In this document: positions 61,588-64,000 of the stretch, one piece after another | Layout: each line of letters begins with the position of its first letter | Numbering within the stretch: the first letter of the stretch is position 1 | Virus record (IMG/VR): IMGVR_UViG_3300036770_002724 | Span: 64,001-128,000 of that record | Strand: one strand, 5' to 3' | Origin: a virus | Length of the DNA: 64,000 bases | The notes under the pieces: model-generated | The model's database searches: none | What the model was told of the DNA's origin: nothing | What the model saw: the letters and a program-made list of their open reading frames with translations, nothing else | Translations under genes and position numbers: made by a program

Positions 61588-63504
61588 ATGGAGATCGAAG
61601 CCCTCGTCACGAGGCTGGAAGCGGCACGGGATGCCTACTACAACGGCATCCCGTGTATGTCGGATGCGGAGTACGACGCTCTGGAGGACTCCCTCCGAAG
61701 TATCGATCCGCAGCATCCCTTCCTGGGGAAGATCGGGGCGATGGTCCCGGTCAACGGTGCGTGGCCCAAGGTCGCGCACCGTCAGCCCATGTCCTCGCTC
61801 AACAAGGCCCAGACGGCAAGCGACTTCGCCGCCTGGTGGCGGGACTGCGGCTACAATGAACTGCGACCGGACCTGTGTCCGGTCCTGGTGATGGAAAAGC
61901 TCGACGGAGCCTCCATCTCCCTGGAGTACCGTCGGGGTCGCCTGGTCCGCGCCGTCACGCGGGGTGATGGCACGACCGGGGAGGACGTGACCCGGAACGT
62001 CCGTCTGATGCAAGGGACGGTCAAGCAGGTCCCCGGCTTCGACGGGTTCATCCGGGGTGAGGTGATCGTCACCCGGTCCAACTTCAAGCGGTACTTCCCG
62101 GGCGAGTCGAATCCGAGGAACACCGCTGCGGGAACGATGAAGCGCCAGTCAGGGAACGACAAGTGCCGTTACCTGACGGTCATGGCTTACCGCGTCATCT
62201 CGGATGATCATACGTTCGAGGATTCGATGGCGGAGATCGTCACCCTCAACAACTGGGGGTTCCTGACGCCTTTCGCCCTTCGGTGCGACTACATCGCGGA
62301 CGTGGACGCTCTGTATTACGAGTACGTCAACCACAAGCGGGAGTCGCTCGACTACGACATCGACGGTCTGGTGGTCGAAGTCCTGAGCGCCGGTCACCGG
62401 GAGCATCTGGGCGAACTGAACAATCGACCGAAGGGTGCGGTAGCCTACAAGTTCCCTCACGAGCAAAAGCAGACCTTCCTGCGGGCGATCAACTGGCAGG
62501 TGGGGAACAGCGGGCGCATTACGCCCGTGGCCGTGTTCGACACGGTCAATCTCGCAGGCGCCAACGTCAGTCAGGCTAGCCTCCACAACGTGAGCTACGT
62601 CAGGGAGCTTGCCCAGCAGGTCGGGAATCCCTCGTTGGCCTTCGGTGATACGATCCTCGTGTCCCGTCGGAATGACGTGATCCCCTATGTCGAGGCTGTG
62701 CTTGCGACGGCGAAGATCGCGCCTTATGACATCCCGACGGCGTGTCCGTGCTGCGCTTCGACCCTCCTGATGGAAGGGGAGTACCTCGTCTGCCGGAATG
62801 AGGACTGTGACGCCCAAGCCTCGGGTGCGGTCAAGCGTTGGGTCAAAAAGGTAGGCATCCTCCACCTTGGGGATGCCATCATTGAAGCCTTGATCGACCA
62901 GCAGATCATCCAGGATGTTGCTGACCTCTACACGCTGACTGAGGACAAGCTGGCTTCCGTGGACATGGACGGAAAGGTCGTCGGGGGGAACGCCTCCCGG
63001 ATCGTGAAGCAGATCCAAGGGAAGCGAGTCCTCCCGCTTCACGTCTTTGTGGGGTCACTCGGTATCCCGCTCATCGGGCGGTCGATGGCAAAGACCATCG
63101 TGGATGCGGGTTACGACAGCCTACACAAGATGGCGAAGGCAAAGATCGCAGAGGTGGCGACCATTCCGGGGGTGGGGCAAACCAAGGCGGACGCCTTCGT
63201 TCGCGGCTACTGGGCGAAAATGCACATCGTCGCCAAGCTGATTGCCAACGGGGTCGAGATCCAAAAGGTCGTGACCGGGTCTATGTCCGGCAAGTCCGTC
63301 TGCATGACGGGCTTCCGCGACAAGACGATGGAGGACGAGGTCGAGGCCCAGGGGGGAACGATCAAGTCGGGTGTCTCCAAGGGCTTGACCTATCTGGTGG
63401 CGTCTGACCCGAACAGTAACTCCTCCAAGATCCAGAAGGCTCGCGAGTACGGGACGCAGATTGTCGGGATCCAGGAGATGTGGAGCTTGCTTGGTCGGCC
63501 TTGA
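61588..63504 (+). CDS. ligA: NAD-dependent DNA ligase
   Basis: AYYNG...SDAEYD, MSSLNKA, EKLDG, TRGDG..GEDVT, RNTAAG, DGLVV, AYKF, VGNSGRITPVA, ASLHN, DVIP, Zn finger CPCC...C...C, HhH, C-terminal BRCT. Confidence 0.95.
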   Translation: MEIEALVTRLEAARDAYYNGIPCMSDAEYDALEDSLRSIDPQHPFLGKIGAMVPVNGAWPKVAHRQPMSSLNKAQTASDFAAWWRDCGYNELRPDLCPVLVMEKLDGASISLEYRRGRLVRAVTRGDGTTGEDVTRNVRLMQGTVKQVPGFDGFIRGEVIVTRSNFKRYFPGESNPRNTAAGTMKRQSGNDKCRYLTVMAYRVISDDHTFEDSMAEIVTLNNWGFLTPFALRCDYIADVDALYYEYVNHKRESLDYDIDGLVVEVLSAGHREHLGELNNRPKGAVAYKFPHEQKQTFLRAINWQVGNSGRITPVAVFDTVNLAGANVSQASLHNVSYVRELAQQVGNPSLAFGDTILVSRRNDVIPYVEAVLATAKIAPYDIPTACPCCASTLLMEGEYLVCRNEDCDAQASGAVKRWVKKVGILHLGDAIIEALIDQQIIQDVADLYTLTEDKLASVDMDGKVVGGNASRIVKQIQGKRVLPLHVFVGSLGIPLIGRSMAKTIVDAGYDSLHKMAKAKIAEVATIPGVGQTKADAFVRGYWAKMHIVAKLIANGVEIQKVVTGSMSGKSVCMTGFRDKTMEDEVEAQGGTIKSGVSKGLTYLVASDPNSNSSKIQKAREYGTQIVGIQEMWSLLGRP

Positions 63505-63584
63505 CGCTCTAAAGTGCCTATCGGCCCCGTTCCTTTGCGGAGCCAAGGGGCTTCGCTCGTTCGCCGGGGTAAAGAGCAACCACA

Positions 63585-64000
63585 ATGGATCGTTTCCGTT
63601 CTGATCGTCCCAAGCTAGAGTTCGTCACCGTCCACACCATCCAGGGGTCGCAGGAGACCGAGGTCCGGATCTCCCGGGCTGGAGATCAACGGCCTCTGTA
63701 TAGCGTCCAGATCGGTCGTCGCAAGAAGGTTCCTGACGAGTTCAACCGTTTGTCGCCCTTCGTCCCGGTACGAATCGTGTTCAGCGGCGACTCGCTCGAC
63801 GTGGATCGTTCTGCCGAAGACCTGATGCGGCAGGCCCACGAGTGGATTCGCGAGGACGTGAAGAACTTTCAGGCCAACTACTCCTCGGCGGACACTCGCC
63901 CGCGCACGGAGTTCGTCGAGGAGAAGGTACAGCGTCCGTCTTGGGACCGAGATCGTGGTCGGGACCGGGAATCGAATCGAGGCGGACGGGGGCGTGGTGG
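63585..64000 (+). CDS. Hypothetical protein with Arg/Asp/Gly-rich tail; 3'-truncated by the window edge
   Basis: ATG 63585 is open to the window end: MDRFRSDRPKLEF...DRDRGRDRESNRGGRGRG. Confidence 0.65.
   Translation, partial: MDRFRSDRPKLEFVTVHTIQGSQETEVRISRAGDQRPLYSVQIGRRKKVPDEFNRLSPFVPVRIVFSGDSLDVDRSAEDLMRQAHEWIREDVKNFQANYSSADTRPRTEFVEEKVQRPSWDRDRGRDRESNRGGRGRG

Noticed and set aside
22124-63504. Inteins explaining the oversized sheath, hub, spike, GT or ligase
   Set aside because: No C/S-start...HN-C/S/T splice junctions or LAGLIDADG blocks were noticed in these translations.
1-64000. Stop-codon reassignment (alternative genetic code)
   Set aside because: Long genes are intact in the standard code, and TAG, TGA and TAA all end genes at tight gene junctions.

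Overview
A 64-kb fragment of a large, GC-rich, contractile-tailed (myovirus-type, probably jumbo) dsDNA phage genome, read in the standard genetic code. From left to right it contains: (i) head-tail joining genes interleaved with accessory genes and two free-standing Vsr/DUF559-like endonucleases (1-21.6 kb), including an RNA ligase, a vWA protein, a methyltransferase, a dCMP deaminase, two GIY-YIG nucleases and an actin-fold ATPase; (ii) a tail block with a 1758-aa sheath, tube, two chaperones, tape measure, two tube-like initiators, a 1790-aa hub with an inserted cell-wall hydrolase and a spike/OB-fold protein (22.1-44.5 kb); (iii) small, mostly minus-strand accessory genes, a flavoprotein, GH108 endolysin, thymidylate kinase, pyrimidine-dimer glycosylase, a 1304-aa four-glycosyltransferase plus FkbM fusion, a LuxR-type HTH and an NAD-dependent DNA ligase (44.5-64 kb). 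No capsid, terminase, baseplate wedge, tRNA or CRISPR was recognised. The most striking unexplained signal is a ~26-aa peptide (consensus M-S-x-LRSK(V/L)IRLAHxxPxLRPHLLPLL(K/R)xA) present seven times, plus one divergent copy, on proteins with otherwise unrelated sequences. I interpret it, as inference only, as a virion-loading or targeting leader for a cargo-protein repertoire. Other notable signals are a 76-bp exact direct repeat bounding a 3.1-kb endonuclease/cargo cassette and a five-copy promoter-like motif TTGTGGCTAAA-N17-TAG(C/G)(T/A)(A/T). All family assignments come from motif recognition by eye, not database searches.
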